Part shown: in pieces, positions 28,136-43,600 of the stretch
Position numbering within the stretch: the stretch's first letter is position 1
Layout: each line of letters begins with the position of its first letter
NCBI RefSeq assembly: GCF_009914755.1
Contig: NC_060929.1
Length of the DNA: 64,000 nt
DNA from: the human T2T-CHM13v2.0 reference genome, Homo sapiens
Reading direction: 5' to 3' (one strand)
Position numbers and translations under genes: made by a program
Notes under the pieces: generated by a model
Told to the model about the DNA's origin: nothing
Database searches by the model: none
The model's input: the letters and a program-made list of their open reading frames with translations, nothing else

Positions 28136-29877
28136 GAGATGTATTAGGTTTAATACTATATTATTCCACTTCTTGAAATATATGTTAAACATGACAATGA
28201 AATTCCTTTAACATTAATTATTAATAAAAGAAATAAGATTATTTCTAATACTGGTAAACATGAGAAAAATTCATGAACATGAAACTATTCCTACTATAAA
28301 TGCAAATTTTGTTATAAAATGTGAGGTATGTAACAGAAGATGAAAAATGGCTTCTCTTTTTCATATGTTTGATGACCATCAGAATTTATAAGTTGATTTC
28401 CCAAACTGTGTTCCCTGGCCACAATGCATATGTGTATGTGAATTTGTGTTTACGCATGCCAAAATTTAGTATTGGGTGGAAAATAAACAAAAAATACTTA
28501 AAGGAAACAAGGACAATAATGATTTGTCTAGCTTTGCAAACAGAATTGTTTTGTGTCATATAAAACTCTCAAATTAATGTGATCAATTAATATAATTTAT
28601 CTACCTAAACATTTCTGAAAAAATAAATTGTATAGAATTAATCATATTTTAAACTATGTTTTTATAAGTTTTATGATACCCAAATGAGTGTGTATGTTAA
28701 CTAATACAGAATAAGAAAACACTGACCTTGCTTTTTTGAAGATGCAATAAAATAAAGAGGTTTGGGTAACTGAGGTATAGACAAATGTGCCCCAAAATGC
28801 TTTATATTTGGAACTAAACTTAAGTCAATTGCCGTGTATAAAAAAATACAAGACAATATTTTGGAAAAGTCATTAATGTGTTGTAGTTATGTGTTTTTAT
28901 GGTCTTTAATACTAGTCTTTTAAACAATTTCACATCAAGATGACTTCATTAGTATTGGTTCCTGACAGAAATAAAATAGATAAAAGTTTAAAATGTGCTA
29001 GAAAAGTTATAGCTTCACTTAACATTTTCACACATGACAATTCTTATTCAAATTAACAAATAGGTGTTCTTCCAAATTAAATGAAAATCATTCTAGTTAA
29101 TGTCTCAAAAGTCCTCCCCATTAAAGGGTATGATCTAGTCTTTAAATGCTACATAAATATGTCCCTAATCAGTGATATAATAACAACTATATTTTGTAAT
29201 ACAACTGAAAACATTTTTCCACTGCTCAATTAGTGATAAAGATAAGACCAGTCACTTCCTTGATTTAAGCTGAAAATGTGTGAAGGCTATCACACACAAT
29301 ACATCATTTACATATAGCCATTTACATATAGCCTATTGACAATTCACAGCCAAAGAATCATGCACAAAGATAGTAACCCATCATGATTCAGTGCTAATTA
29401 ACTGCTTTTGCTGGAAGTTTTCCCTGTTAATACTCTCATAACATGCTTAAATATTTATATTCTATAGGGCATGCTTCATGTCATTTCAATTAATCCATCT
29501 TTTTTTGCTTCTTACTGCTGCTACGTAAACAAAGATAAGCCTCTAGCACCTTACAATTTAAACATATCCTTCAGTAGAGCATAAAATTAATATAAAGCTA
29601 AACATACATGCCATTACAAATAAATTATTATTAATCATAATCTATATAATTGTGAAGAGGGTAAAATATCTAAATTGTAATGAACTCTGTATTGGGAACA
29701 TCATTTATTTAAAAAATAACGCTTGGTTTGTGTACCCAGATGTGGCACCAATATAGTAAACACAGTGTTTTTGTTCACCTAGCTTACCATAATATTTGAT
29801 TTTTTTACTTTTAAGTTAAAGGCATTTAACTTTTTTGAGTTGAAACTTCGTAAGCATAATCTCTAAAAATTCTTTAT

Positions 29878-30180
29878 AGCTGGGCACAGTGGCTCCTGCC
29901 TGTAATCCTAGCACTTTGGGAGGCTGAGGTGGGTGGATCACGAGGTCAGGAGATCAAGACCATCCTGACTAACACGGTGAAACCCAGTCTCTACTAAAAA
30001 TACAAAAACAAAATTAGCAGGGAGTAGTGGTGGGCACCTGTAGTCTCAGCTACTCAGAAGGCTGAGGCGGGAGAATGGCACGAACCTGGGACGGAGGTTG
30101 CAGTGATCCGAGATTGTGCCACTGCACTCCAGCCTGGGCGACAGAGTGAGACTCCGTCTCAAAAAAAAAGAAAAAAAAAA
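29878..30180 (+). mobile_element. AluY-like, followed by (TG)n at ~30243-30268
   Basis: gagatcaagaccatcctgactaacacggtg; A-tail. Confidence 0.9.
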
Positions 30181-30237
30181 TCTTTACATAGAATTCTAAA
30201 CAAATGATACAAATAAATATGTTTACCTGTGTATGTG

Positions 30238-30268
<31 letters not shown>

Positions 30269-30429
30269 CATGTGATAGTATGAGTATTCTGCTATTAACC
30301 ATTTATTTCACCACTCATACTTTGGTGAAAAATCCATAATACTGATGAATAAAAATGCCTCTCATATATTCTTAGCTTATCACCCTTTTTCACTACAGTA
30401 GTTTGTTGATCAGCTTTAGTTTCCCATTA

Positions 30430-31303
<874 letters not shown>

Positions 31304-31378
31304 TAAAGTTCTCAATGTCAAATCTGAGTCAAAGTGTAGTCTGCAAAGAAGAAAACTTTTAAAATTACCTTAAATGTT

Positions 31379-31757
31379 TTATGTGGCACATATACACCAT
31401 GGAATACTATGCAGCCATAAAAATGGTGAGTTCATGTCCTTTGTAGGGACATGGATGAAATTGGAAATCATCATTCTCAGTAAACTATCGCAAGAACAAA
31501 AAACCAAACACCGCATATTCTCACTCATAGGTGGGAATTGAACAATGAGAACACATGGACACGGGAAAGGGAACATCACACTCTGGGGACTGTTGTGGGG
31601 TGGGGGGAGGGGGGAGGGATAGCATTAGGAGATATACCTAATGCTAGATGACGAGTTAGTGGGTGCAGCGCACCAGCATGGCACATGTATACATATGTAA
31701 CTAACCTGCACAATGTGCACATGTACCCTAAAACTTAAAGTGTAATAATAAAAAAAA
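31379..31757 (+). mobile_element. Young 5'-truncated L1 (L1PA2/3-like)
   Basis: atgctagatgacGAGttagtgggtgcagcgcaccagc, near-consensus 3'UTR; TSD-like gttttat on both sides. Confidence 0.88.
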
Positions 31758-32109
31758 GTTTTATACATATCTGCTGCTCACAAACCATTAAAATTTGGTA
31801 ATAATGAATTTATTTCCCCAAATTTCATGCTGTAAATATTTCAACAGCCTGAGAAAGCCTATGAATGTCCTTGCACTGACAGGAGAAATTGAAGTAAAAT
31901 GTTTCATTCACTGTCACAAGAAAGACAACATTTTCCCCAACTTCCAGACTCACTTCGAGCCCGTTACTCAGTTATTTCACAGCCACAATATGAGAAGTGG
32001 TTAAAACAAGTCCAGAATTAAAGACAGCATTTAAGCAGCAACTATAATAAAACTCCAGTCATCCATAAACTTTAAAATCAGGAAAATGTATAAAACTAAA
32101 TGTACACAT

Positions 32110-32650
32110 ACAAAAAGACCCAGCAATTCCATTCATACATGTTTATCTTAGGGAAAGGAAATCATATATGTACACAAAGCCTCATATGAAAGTTTATAGC
32201 AGCTCTATTCACAGTATCCAAAACCTGGTAAAAACCCAAATGTCAATTAATGTGTGAATGGATAAACACATTGCAAAAAATTTATTACAAGAGAATACTA
32301 TTCAGCAATGGAAAGTAGAGAACTACTGTTAACATTTAATGGCATTCATAAACACATTATGCTGATTAAAAGAAGCCAGTCATCAAATAGGGTATACTGC
32401 TTGATTCAAATTGTGTGAGACTTAGAAGGGGAAAATTAGTATATAGTCTCAAAAAACACATTGGTCATTACTGGGGACTAGGGAAAAGAACATAAAGAAA
32501 CCTTTGGGGTTTCTAAAAAAGCTTTCTATCTCCATTGGGGTGGTAAATAATAGAGTTTGACTTTCGTCAAACTCATTTTAAAAGGTACACTCAAAATGGA
32601 TGTGGTTTTTGAAATGCAAATTAGATCTCAAAAAAGTTGATTAAAAATTT
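32110..32650 (+). mobile_element. Old L1M 3' fragment
   Basis: gacccagcaattcca, aacccaaatgtc, gaatactattcagcaat motifs. Confidence 0.6.
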
Positions 32651-33699
32651 CTAAAAGTACTAATATTTATTTATTGCTTACAATGTATGCTTCACCATCT
32701 CATGACTTTGCATATATTTTTATACGTTTATTTGGTGATTTCTACTGGTGTAAAATTTACCTTCATGTTGCAATGTTTTTAACGTCTTACTTCCAATAGG
32801 AGCTTTGATGGTCATAGAAATGGGTAGAAATAAATCAGATAAATAAAAACAAATATGTTCATGTTACCCTCATATTCCCATTTGCATGGTAATAATATCC
32901 TAATTTAAAAACAGGTATTTTCTGAATAATACAATTATTATAGCAAGACCAACTGTATTCTACTTCCACCACGTCAAATAGTCTTTTTGATATGTTTTAT
33001 AGCTTACTTCATTTAGCTGCTATAAATCTTTGATGAAGCTTCCTACTTGTAAAGTGGAATTTTCTCAAAATCGAAAGCATTTTTAGAATTATTTCAATTA
33101 GAATGTGTTCAATACCTCTTTAGCAATTGCAGCCACATGAGAAAGAGTATATATTATTTTAGTCAGCCAGTCAACAAGTATTTATAGAGCTCTCACAGGA
33201 TATCTTATATTGTACTAAGCAAATTTATTACTTCCTTACAAGTATCTATGAGGCATGATAATATTTTCCCAGAGTCGCTGTGAAATGTATTTCACAATTT
33301 TGATTAAATAGGGATGAAAAAAGGGAAGAAATTGGCATTTTCATGTAAGATTTTTTTCCTTTTTTATGTTATAGTGTATGCTTTCAGATAAATCTCTCTC
33401 ATTTGAGTATGTAAGGTATACAGGATTGCAAATATTATGATACACAGGTCAGAATTGACACCAACATTAAATGTAAAATTACTCAATATGTTCCCTTATA
33501 GCTCCATGGACAAATAATAAGGGTGTAAAAATTAGATACTGAAGCAAATGCCAATTATCTTTGGCCCATTTATTTCATGTAAACTGCCTAAATGCAAGAT
33601 TTCTTCCAATACCATAATATACATTACCATTTCCAATTATAAACTCACACTTGATCCTAAAAGTAGAAACTGCTGAGCCCCTCTGGACCCTGATCCATT

Positions 33700-33829
33700 G
33701 ATATTTTTTTGTAGAGATGGGGTTTCACCGCATTGTTCAGGCTGGTCTTGAACTTGTGAGCTCAGGCAATCTTCCCGCCTCTGTCTCCCAAAGTTATGGG
33801 ATTACAGGCATGAGCCACGGCTCCCAACC
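33700..33829 (-). mobile_element. Alu left monomer/FLAM
   Basis: tttttgtagagatggggtttc...ggattacaggcatgagccac. Confidence 0.8.
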
Positions 33830-33980
33830 AAGAATACGAATGATTTTAATACAGCACTCTTGTATCCCGTGACCTTGAGAAATTCATTTATTGGTTCTAG
33901 AAGTTTTTTTGTAAATGTCTTGGGATATTATACAGAAGCAATCATAAACATTGCAAATAAAGATAATTGCACTTATTTCT

Positions 33981-34310
33981 TTTTTTAAAAAAATTTACTT
34001 TAAGTTCTGAGATACATGTGCAGAACGTGCAGGTTGGTTACATAGGTATACATGCGCCATAGTGCTTTGCTGCATCTATCAACCCTTCATCGAGGTTTTA
34101 AGCCCCGCATGCATTAGGTGTTTGTCCTAATGCTCTCCTTTCCTTTGCCCCCCATCCCCCGACAGGCCCCGGTGTGTGATGTTCCCCTCCTTGTGTCCAT
34201 GTGTTCTTATTGTTCAACTCCCACTTATGAGTGAGAATATGTGGTGTTTTGTTTTCTGTTCCTGTGTTAGTTTGCTGAGAATGATGGCTTCCAGCTTTCA
34301 TCCATGGCTG
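33981..34310 (-). mobile_element. 5'-truncated L1PA (L1PA8-like)
   Basis: ttactttaagttctgagatacatgtgcagaacgtg...gttttaagccccgcatgcattagg. Confidence 0.88.
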
Positions 34311-34633
34311 AATTTTTTTTTTTCTTTCTTTCTTTCTTTTTTTTTTTTTTTGAGACAGAGTCTCCCTCTGTTGCCCAGACTGGAGTGCTGTGGCACAGCC
34401 TTGGCTCACTGAAACCTCTGCCTTCTTGGTTCAAGTGATTCTCCTGCCTCAGCCTCCTGAGTAGCTGGGATTACAGGTGCCCACCACCAAGCCCGCCTAA
34501 TTTTTGTACTTTTAGTAGAGACAGGGTTTCGCCATGTTGGCCAGGCTAGTCTCAAATTCCTGACCTCGAGTGATCCTCCCACCTTGGCCTCCCAAAATGC
34601 TGGGATTACAGGCGTGAGCCACCTGGCCTGACC
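34311..34633 (-). mobile_element. AluS abutting the 5' end of the L1PA
   Basis: T-rich tail 34312-34351; full Alu body. Confidence 0.92.
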
Positions 34634-36429
34634 TAATTATACCTATTTCTAATCATCATACCTTTTCTTTCTTTTTTTAATCTTATCACATTGGCTAGGG
34701 CTTTCCAAACAATGTTGAAAAGGTGGTGAGAAGAAAGTGAAGCAAGATATTCAAGCGGAACCCTCCAGCAATCATCCCACACCCCCCACCCCACCCCACC
34801 CCTGCCTAGGACCACAAAACGGAAAACTCTCAAGATGAGAAAGCACCTTCATAAGAACCAAAAATCAGATGAACAATTGCAGTATCTGGTTTTAATATCA
34901 TCTCAAGAAAAGAGGCGCTGAAGAGGACAGGAAGGACGGTCTTGAAATGCTAACATCACCCATCTCCTATCCCATGGCAGCAGTCCCATGGCACAGAGAG
35001 AGAATCTGTGTGCTGGGGAACTTAGAGCACAGTGATGATAGGACTTTGCATTGGCACTTGGTGCTGCCCAGTCACAGTGGAAAACAACACAGGGCAGCAC
35101 TCAGCGGGCACTCACAGACACAGCATTTACACCAGCCCTAGCAAAGGCAAATCCTCAATCCCAGTGGTGTGAACCTGAGTTCTGGCAAGCCACACACTGC
35201 TGGCTAAAGGGCTCTGGGGTCCTAAATAAACTTGAAAGGCAGTCTAGGCCGCAGGGATTGCAATTCCTGGAAGCGCCCTGGAGCCACTGGACTTGGGGTG
35301 CACAAGACCTAGTGAGACACCAGTAGGGGCAGCCCAGGGAGTGTTTGTGTCAACCCTCACCCACCCCCCAGGCTGTGCAGCTCACAGCGCTGGGAGAGAC
35401 TCCTTCCTTCTACTGGATGAGAGGAGAGGAGGATAAAGAGGACTTTGTCTTGTCACTTGGGTACCAGCTCAGCCACAGTAAAATAACTCACCCAGCAGAG
35501 TCCTGAAGCTCCCCTGTTCTAGACCCCAGCTCCTGGACAACATTTCTAGACACATGCTGGGCCAGAAGGAAACCTGCCGCCTGGAAGGAAAGGGACCCAT
35601 CCTGGCAGCATTCTTCACCTCCTGACTAAATAGCCCTTGGGCCTTAAATAAATATCAGCAGTAGCCAGGCAGTACTCACCAGGGGTCTTGGGTGAGACTC
35701 AGAGCCTTACTGGCTTTAAGTGTGACCCAGCACATTCCAGCTGTGATGGCCACAGAGAGAGGCTCCTTCTCCTTGAGAAAAAGGGAGAGAAGAGTAAAGA
35801 GGACTTTGTCTTGCAATAGGGGTACCAGCTCACCCACAGTAAAGAAAGCACCAAGCAGACTCCTAAAGTCCCAGGTTCCAGGCCTTAGTTCCTGGATGGC
35901 ATTTCTGCACCTGCTCTGAGCTGGAAGGGAATCTGCCACCCTGAAGAGAAAGACACAAGCCTGGCTGCATTTGCCACCTGCTGACTAAAGAGGCCCTGGG
36001 GCTTGAAGAAACATCAGTGGTTGCCAAGCAGTTCTTGCCACGGGCCTGGGGTGGTAGTGGCCATGGGGAGAGGCTCCTTCTGCTTGAGGAAAGGAGAGGG
36101 GAGACTGAGAACGACTCTGTCTTTAACTAGGGTGCCAGCTCACCCACAGTAAAATCAAGCACCAAGTAGATTTCAAAAATTCTCAATTCTAGGCCCTAGC
36201 TCCTGGAAAGCATTTCTTTCAAGATTCACCCTGGTTTCTAGACCCACCCTGGGCCAGAAGGGAACCCACACCCTGAAAGGAGAAAGACAAGCCTGGCTGC
36301 ATTCACCTCCTGCTCAGCAAAGAGCACTTGGGCCTTAAAGAAACATCAGTGGGAGTGAAGCCATAGTTGCTGCAGGCTGTGGGAGAGACCCAGTGCTGGG
36401 CTGGCTTCAGGTCTGACCCAACATGGTCC

Positions 36430-36789
36430 TGAGGAGAGAGGCCATTTCTCTTACTGTCTCCTGTCTCTGAGGAGAAGGAGGAAGTAAAAGCCGAAAAACA
36501 GCAGGAATGAAGTCAGTGGCAAAACCAGCCAGTGCCACTGATGACCAGGCCTGAGGTTAAAAAACTAACCCCCCATTCTAACCACATGTGCTATCTATAG
36601 ATCTCAATCTATCACAACCCTTTCACATGGAACCCCTTAGAGTTATAAGCCCTTAAAAGGGCCAGGAACTCTTTCTTCGAGGAGTTCGGTTCTTGAGACA
36701 CAAGTCTGCCGACGCTCCCAACAGAATAAAGCCTCTTCCTTATTTAACCCAGTGTCTGAGGGGTTTTGTCTGTGGCTTGTCCTGCTACA
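36430..36789 (+). mobile_element. ERV1 solo LTR, MER61-like
   Basis: TG...cctgctaCA; AATAAA at ~36725; 4-bp TSD gtcc (36426-36429 / 36790-36793). Confidence 0.8.
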
Positions 36790-37109
36790 GTCCCAGTGCC
36801 GGTGGCCACAGGAGTACTTGTGTTGCCCTTCTCTAACTCCAGACAGCTCAGCATGGAGAGAGAGACTCCATTTGTTTGGGGGAAAGTGAAGGAAAAGAAC
36901 AAGAGGGTCTGCCTGGTAATCCAGGGAATTCTCCCAGATCTTACTTAAGACCGCCAAGGTGGTACCTCTATGAGTCTGCAAGAGTCATAGTGTTATTGGG
37001 CTTGAGGTGTCTCTAATGCAGATATGTCTGCAGTGACCAAAGACTTAGATCACATCACAACCGTCAATTCCCTTTGAATACTGGAAAAGCCTTTTCAAGA
37101 AGGATGGGA

Positions 37110-37787
<678 letters not shown>

Positions 37788-38564
37788 TTATTTAATGCCC
37801 AGACATTGACCAACATCCACAAGCATCAAGAGCATCCAGGAAAACATGACCACACAAAATGAACTAAATAAGGCATGAGGGACCAGTCTCAGAGTGACAA
37901 AAATATGTGAACTTTCAGAGAAAAATTTCAAAATAGCTGTTTTGAGGAGGCTCAATGAAACTCAAGACAACACAGAGAAGGAGTTCAGAATCCTATCAAA
38001 TATATTTAACAAAGAGATTGAAATAAATTTTAAAAATCAAGCAGAAATTCTCGACCTGAAAAATGTAATTGACATACTGAAGAATGCATCAAATCTCTTA
38101 CCAGCAGAACTGATCAAGCAGAAGAAAGAATTAGTGAGGTTGAAGACAGGCTATTTGAAAATACACAGTCAGAGAAGACAAAATAAAAAAGAATAAAAAA
38201 CTGTAAAGTGAGAAATAAAATAAAAACAATGAAGCACACCTACGAGATCTAGAAAATATCCTCAAAAGAACAAATCTAAGCATTAGAGGAGGTAGAGAGA
38301 GAGATCAGCATAGTAAATCTATCCAAAGAGGTAGTAACAGAGAGCTTCCCAAACCTAGAGAATGATATCAATATACAAATGCAAGAAGGTTATAGAACAC
38401 CAAGTAGATTTAATCCAAAGAAGATGACCTAAAAGGCATTTAATGATCAGACTCCCAAAAGTCAAGGATGAAGAAAGAATTCTGAAGGAAGAAAGATAAA
38501 AGAAACAAATAACATATAAGGAGCTCCAGTATATTTTGCAGCAGACTTTTCAGTGGAAACCTTA

Positions 38565-38935
<371 letters not shown>

Positions 38936-40611
38936 GCAAAAATTCAAAGAACTAAACAGAAATTGGGCAAAAGAGTTGAACCAGCCCTCCACAGAAGAGG
39001 AAATGTGGAGAAATGGCTACTAAAAACATGAAGAGAGTCTCAGCCTAACAGGGAGATATCACCTGACACCCACCAGACTGGCAAAAATCCCACAACCCAA
39101 TCAATGCAAGTGTTGAGGAGAATGGAAAGTAGCAGGAACACCAGGAACTGCTAAGAATGGTTGTGAGATATATTTTTGTTATGCTTGTATCTGAAAGGGT
39201 ATGTGTTGTGTGTTATAAGGAAATTACATTTCTTACCTGGGATGAAATTTAAAAATTGAAAGCTACTGACCAGAAGAAACTTGCACTTGTGTACAAAAGA
39301 AATGCCCAAGAACATTCCTAGCAAACCACAGTCCTAAGGGCCCCAACCTGGCCAAACACTCATCCACAGGGAAATGAAGACATTTCCCATGCTCCCCTCA
39401 TACGACAGGAGATTACACAGAAATGAAAATGAATCATGTCAATGTAGGTGGGTATCAGGAAGAGAATGGAGGACAAAAATAGACACCAAGCCGATGCTCA
39501 GAGCCATACAGCATAGGAGCAGCCACACAGGAGAATTTCTTCACATGAAAGTTCAAAACTACAGCCGGGGCAACAGAGCAAGACCCTGTCTCAAAAAGAC
39601 AACAGAAAGTTCCAAAACTAAATGGCATATTTTTTAGGGATCTACACAGGGTGAAAGAAATGTACTGTGAAGCAAATAAAGACTAAAGCAGGAAGTGATT
39701 CCCTCTGTAGGAGAAGAGAAGTGACTGGAACTCAGGCAGGGCCACCAGGGAGCATCCAAAGTTATATCTCTTCAGATTCTATTCCCTAAACTTGATGGAG
39801 GTCCTCTGTGTGCAATGTGTCGATATTCTTTATACCTTACCCATATTGTACAAATGCTTTATTTCTATTCAATATTTAGAAGACAGTTACAAACAAGATG
39901 CATTAAATAGCAAGACGGCAGATGAACATTAGGAAGGAACATCAGGAACATCCATGAGGTTCCATCCACAGAACTTCACCAGGGATATGCTTGTGATCAA
40001 GGGCCTGGTCTCCCCTCAAGACACAGTCAGAGATGAAAGGCTGCACCATCACAGCAGTGGAGCAGGACAAGCTGGGACAGTGTCCTTCTGTGACACCTGC
40101 TGCATCACCAGGCTGTGCGAACGAACTCAGCTGCCAGAACTCACAGAATATCAGCATCAGCACCGAAACCTCACAGGAAAAATAGTAAGTTTTAAGTTTC
40201 TCCATTAATAGTAACTCTCAGATTAATCTCTGTCATCCATCACTTCTCCATTAAATAACTTTTTATAGCTTTGCATGGGTCTATTTTTCAATTTATATTT
40301 TATTTAGCTAACTGATTGAAAAGATATATATTGCATGTGGTGTGTGATTTTGTATCTGTCAGGATAATCATAGTTCAATTTCTATTATTATTATACCAAT
40401 ATCATTTTGTTTTCTTTTTAATTCTGAGGGTATTAATCAGGGTCTTTCTATCACGTGAGACACAAAACAAATCCAAACTGTGTAACAGAAAAAGGAATTC
40501 ATTGACCACAAGGACTGAGAAGCTCCCAGACTTAACTTGCTTAGGATTCAGCTATATGTACAGTTTCAAGTGGCATCCTGTAACTCTCTCTCTACTCTAC
40601 TTCCCCAACAT

Positions 40612-43600
40612 CAGCTGCATGTTTAGCTCCATGAACTTCAGACTTAAACAGCATCACTGGCTCCTGACCAGGATTCCAGCTCCACAAACTTCAAACTAGA
40701 ACACCAGCCCGGCTTCTCCGCAGGTCTCCGGCTCCAAAACCTAAGACATCAGTGGCAGTACAAACTCCTCCTGGGGGCTCCAGCTCTGGGACCCTCAGAC
40801 TTGAACCACAGCACCCACTCTTCCCTGGATCTCCAGCTCCACAACCCTCAGACTTAAACAACAATAGCACCAGCTCATCCATGAATCTCCAGCTCCACGA
40901 CTCTCAAACTAGAACAGCACCAGCTCCTCCCCAGGTCTCCAGCTGCAAGACCCTCAAACTAGAACAACATCAGCTCCTTCCCGGGTCTCCAGCTGCATGA
41001 CACTCAAACTAGAACGACAACAGCTTCTCCCCAGGTCTCCAGCTGCACGACACTCAAACTAGAATAACACCGCTCACCCTTGGATCTCCAGCTCCACAAA
41101 CCTCACACTAGAACAGCAACACTGGTTCCTCCGTGGATCTCCAGCTTTACAACCTAAGACATGAGTAGCAGCACCAACTCCTTCCAGGGACTCAAGCTCC
41201 AGGACCCTCAGACTTGAACCGCAGCACCAGCTCTTCCCCAGATCTCCAGCTCGATGACCTTCCAACTTAAACAACAGAAGGATCAGCTGACCTCCCTGGT
41301 TTTCCAGCTCCACAGCCCTCAACTAGAACACCATCAGCAACTCCCTGGATCTCCAGCTGCATGACCCTCGCACTAGAACACCAACATCGGCTCCTCCGCA
41401 GGTCTCCAGCTCCACAACCTAAGACATCAGTGGCAGGATTGGCTCCTTTCATAGATTCAGCTCCGGGACCCTCACATTTGAACTGCAGGACTACCTCCTC
41501 CCTGGATCTCCAGCTGCACGACCCTCAAACTAGAAAAACACCAGCTCCTCCCTGGGTCTCCAAGCTCCATGACCCTCAAACTAGGACAACATCAGCTCCT
41601 CCTTGGGTCTCCATCTGCATGACCCTCAAATGAGAAAAACAGCAGCAAACTATAAAAACCTTCCAAGCTTTTTCTAGTTTGAGGATCATACAGCTGTACA
41701 CCCGAGAAGGAGCTGATTTAAATCTAGTTTGAGCATCGTGGAGCTGGACATCCAGGGAGGAGCTGGTGTTTTTCCAGTTTGAGGGTTGTGGAGCTGGACA
41801 CCCAGGGAGAAGCTGATAATTTTCTAGTTTGAAGGTCTTGGAGCTGTACACCGAGGGAGAAGCCGGTGTTTTTCTAGTATGAGGGTCGTGGAGCTGGACA
41901 CCCAAAGGAGAGCAGTGTCGTTCTAGTTTGAGGATGTTTGAGGGTCAGCTGCATGACTCTCAAACTCAAAAAACACCAGCTTCTCCCTGGGTCTCCAGCT
42001 CCATGACCGTCAGACTAGAACAACATCAGCTTCTCCCCTTGTCTCCAGCTTTACAATGTTCAAACTAGAACATCAGCTCCTCCCCGGATCTCCAGCTTCA
42101 TGACCCTCAGACTTAAACAACAGCAGCACCAGCTCCTCCCCATTTCTCCAGCTGCACGACCCTCTGATCAGAAAAACATTGGCTCCTCCCCATGTCTCCA
42201 GCTGCATGATCCTCAAACTAGAACATCAGCTCCTCCCCAGGTCTCCAGCTGCACAACCCTTAAACTAGAAGATGAGCTCCTACCCGGGTCTCCAGCTCCA
42301 TGACCCTCAAACTAGAACAACATCAGCTTCTCCCTGAGTCTCCAGCTAAAGACCCTCAAACAAGAACAACATCAGCTCCTCCCTGAGTCTTCAGCGGCAC
42401 AACCCTCAAACTAGAACATCAGATCTTCTCAGTGTCTCTAGCTGCAGGACACTTATAATAGAAAAACGCCAGCGCCTCCCAGGTTCTAAAGCTGCACGGC
42501 CCTCAAACAAAAACACCAGCTCCTCTCTGGGTCTCAAGCTGCACGAAACTCAAATTAGAACAACACCAGCTCCTCTCTGGGTTTCCAGCTCCATGACCCT
42601 CAAAGGAGAACAACAACAACAGCTCCTCCTCGAGTCATCAGCCGCACGTCCTTGAAACTAGAACATCAGCTCCTCTCCAGGTCTCCAGCTGCATAACACT
42701 CATACTAGAAAAACGCCAGCTCCTCCCGGGTTCTACAGCTGCACAACCCTCAAACTAAAGAAACACCAGGTCCTCTCTGGGTCTCCAAGTGCACGAACCT
42801 CAAAGTAGAACAATACCAGCTCCTCTCTGGGTCTCCAGCTCCATGACCCTCAAACTGGAATAACATCAGCTCCTCTCTGGGTCTCCAGCTGAAAGACCCT
42901 CAAACAAGAACAACATTAGCTCCTCCCTGAGTCTTCAGTTGCATGACCCTCAAACTAGAACATCAGCTCCTCTCTGGGTCTCCAGCTGCAGCACACTCAT
43001 ACTAGAAAAACGCCAGCTCCTCCGGGTTCTACAGCTGCATGACCCTCAAACTAAAGAAACACCAGCTCCTCTCTGGGTCTCCAGTTGCACAACCCTCAAA
43101 CTAGAACATCAGCTCCTCCCCTAGTCCTCAGCTGCACGACCCTCAGTCTAGACCATCACCTCCTCTCCGGGTCTCCAGCTGCATGACACTCATAATAGAA
43201 AAACACCAGCTCCTCTCGGTTCTACAGCTGCATGATCCTCAAACTAAAAAACACCCACTCCTCCCCAGGTCTCCAGCTGCACGGCCCTCAAAGTAGAACA
43301 ATACCAGCTCTTCTCTGGGTCTCCAGCTCCATGACTTTCAAACTAGAACAATATCAGCTCCTCTCCAGATCTCCAGCTGAAAGACCCTCAAATGAGAACA
43401 ACATCAGCTCCTCCCCGAGTCTTCAGTTGCACGACCCTCAAACTAGAGCATCAGCTCCTCTCCGGGTCTCCAGCTGCAGGACACTCATACTAGAAAAATG
43501 CCAGCTCCTTCCGGGTTCTACAGTTGCATGACCCTCAAACTAAAGAAACACCAGCTCCTCTCTGGGTCTCCAGCTGCATGAACTTCAAACTACAACATCA

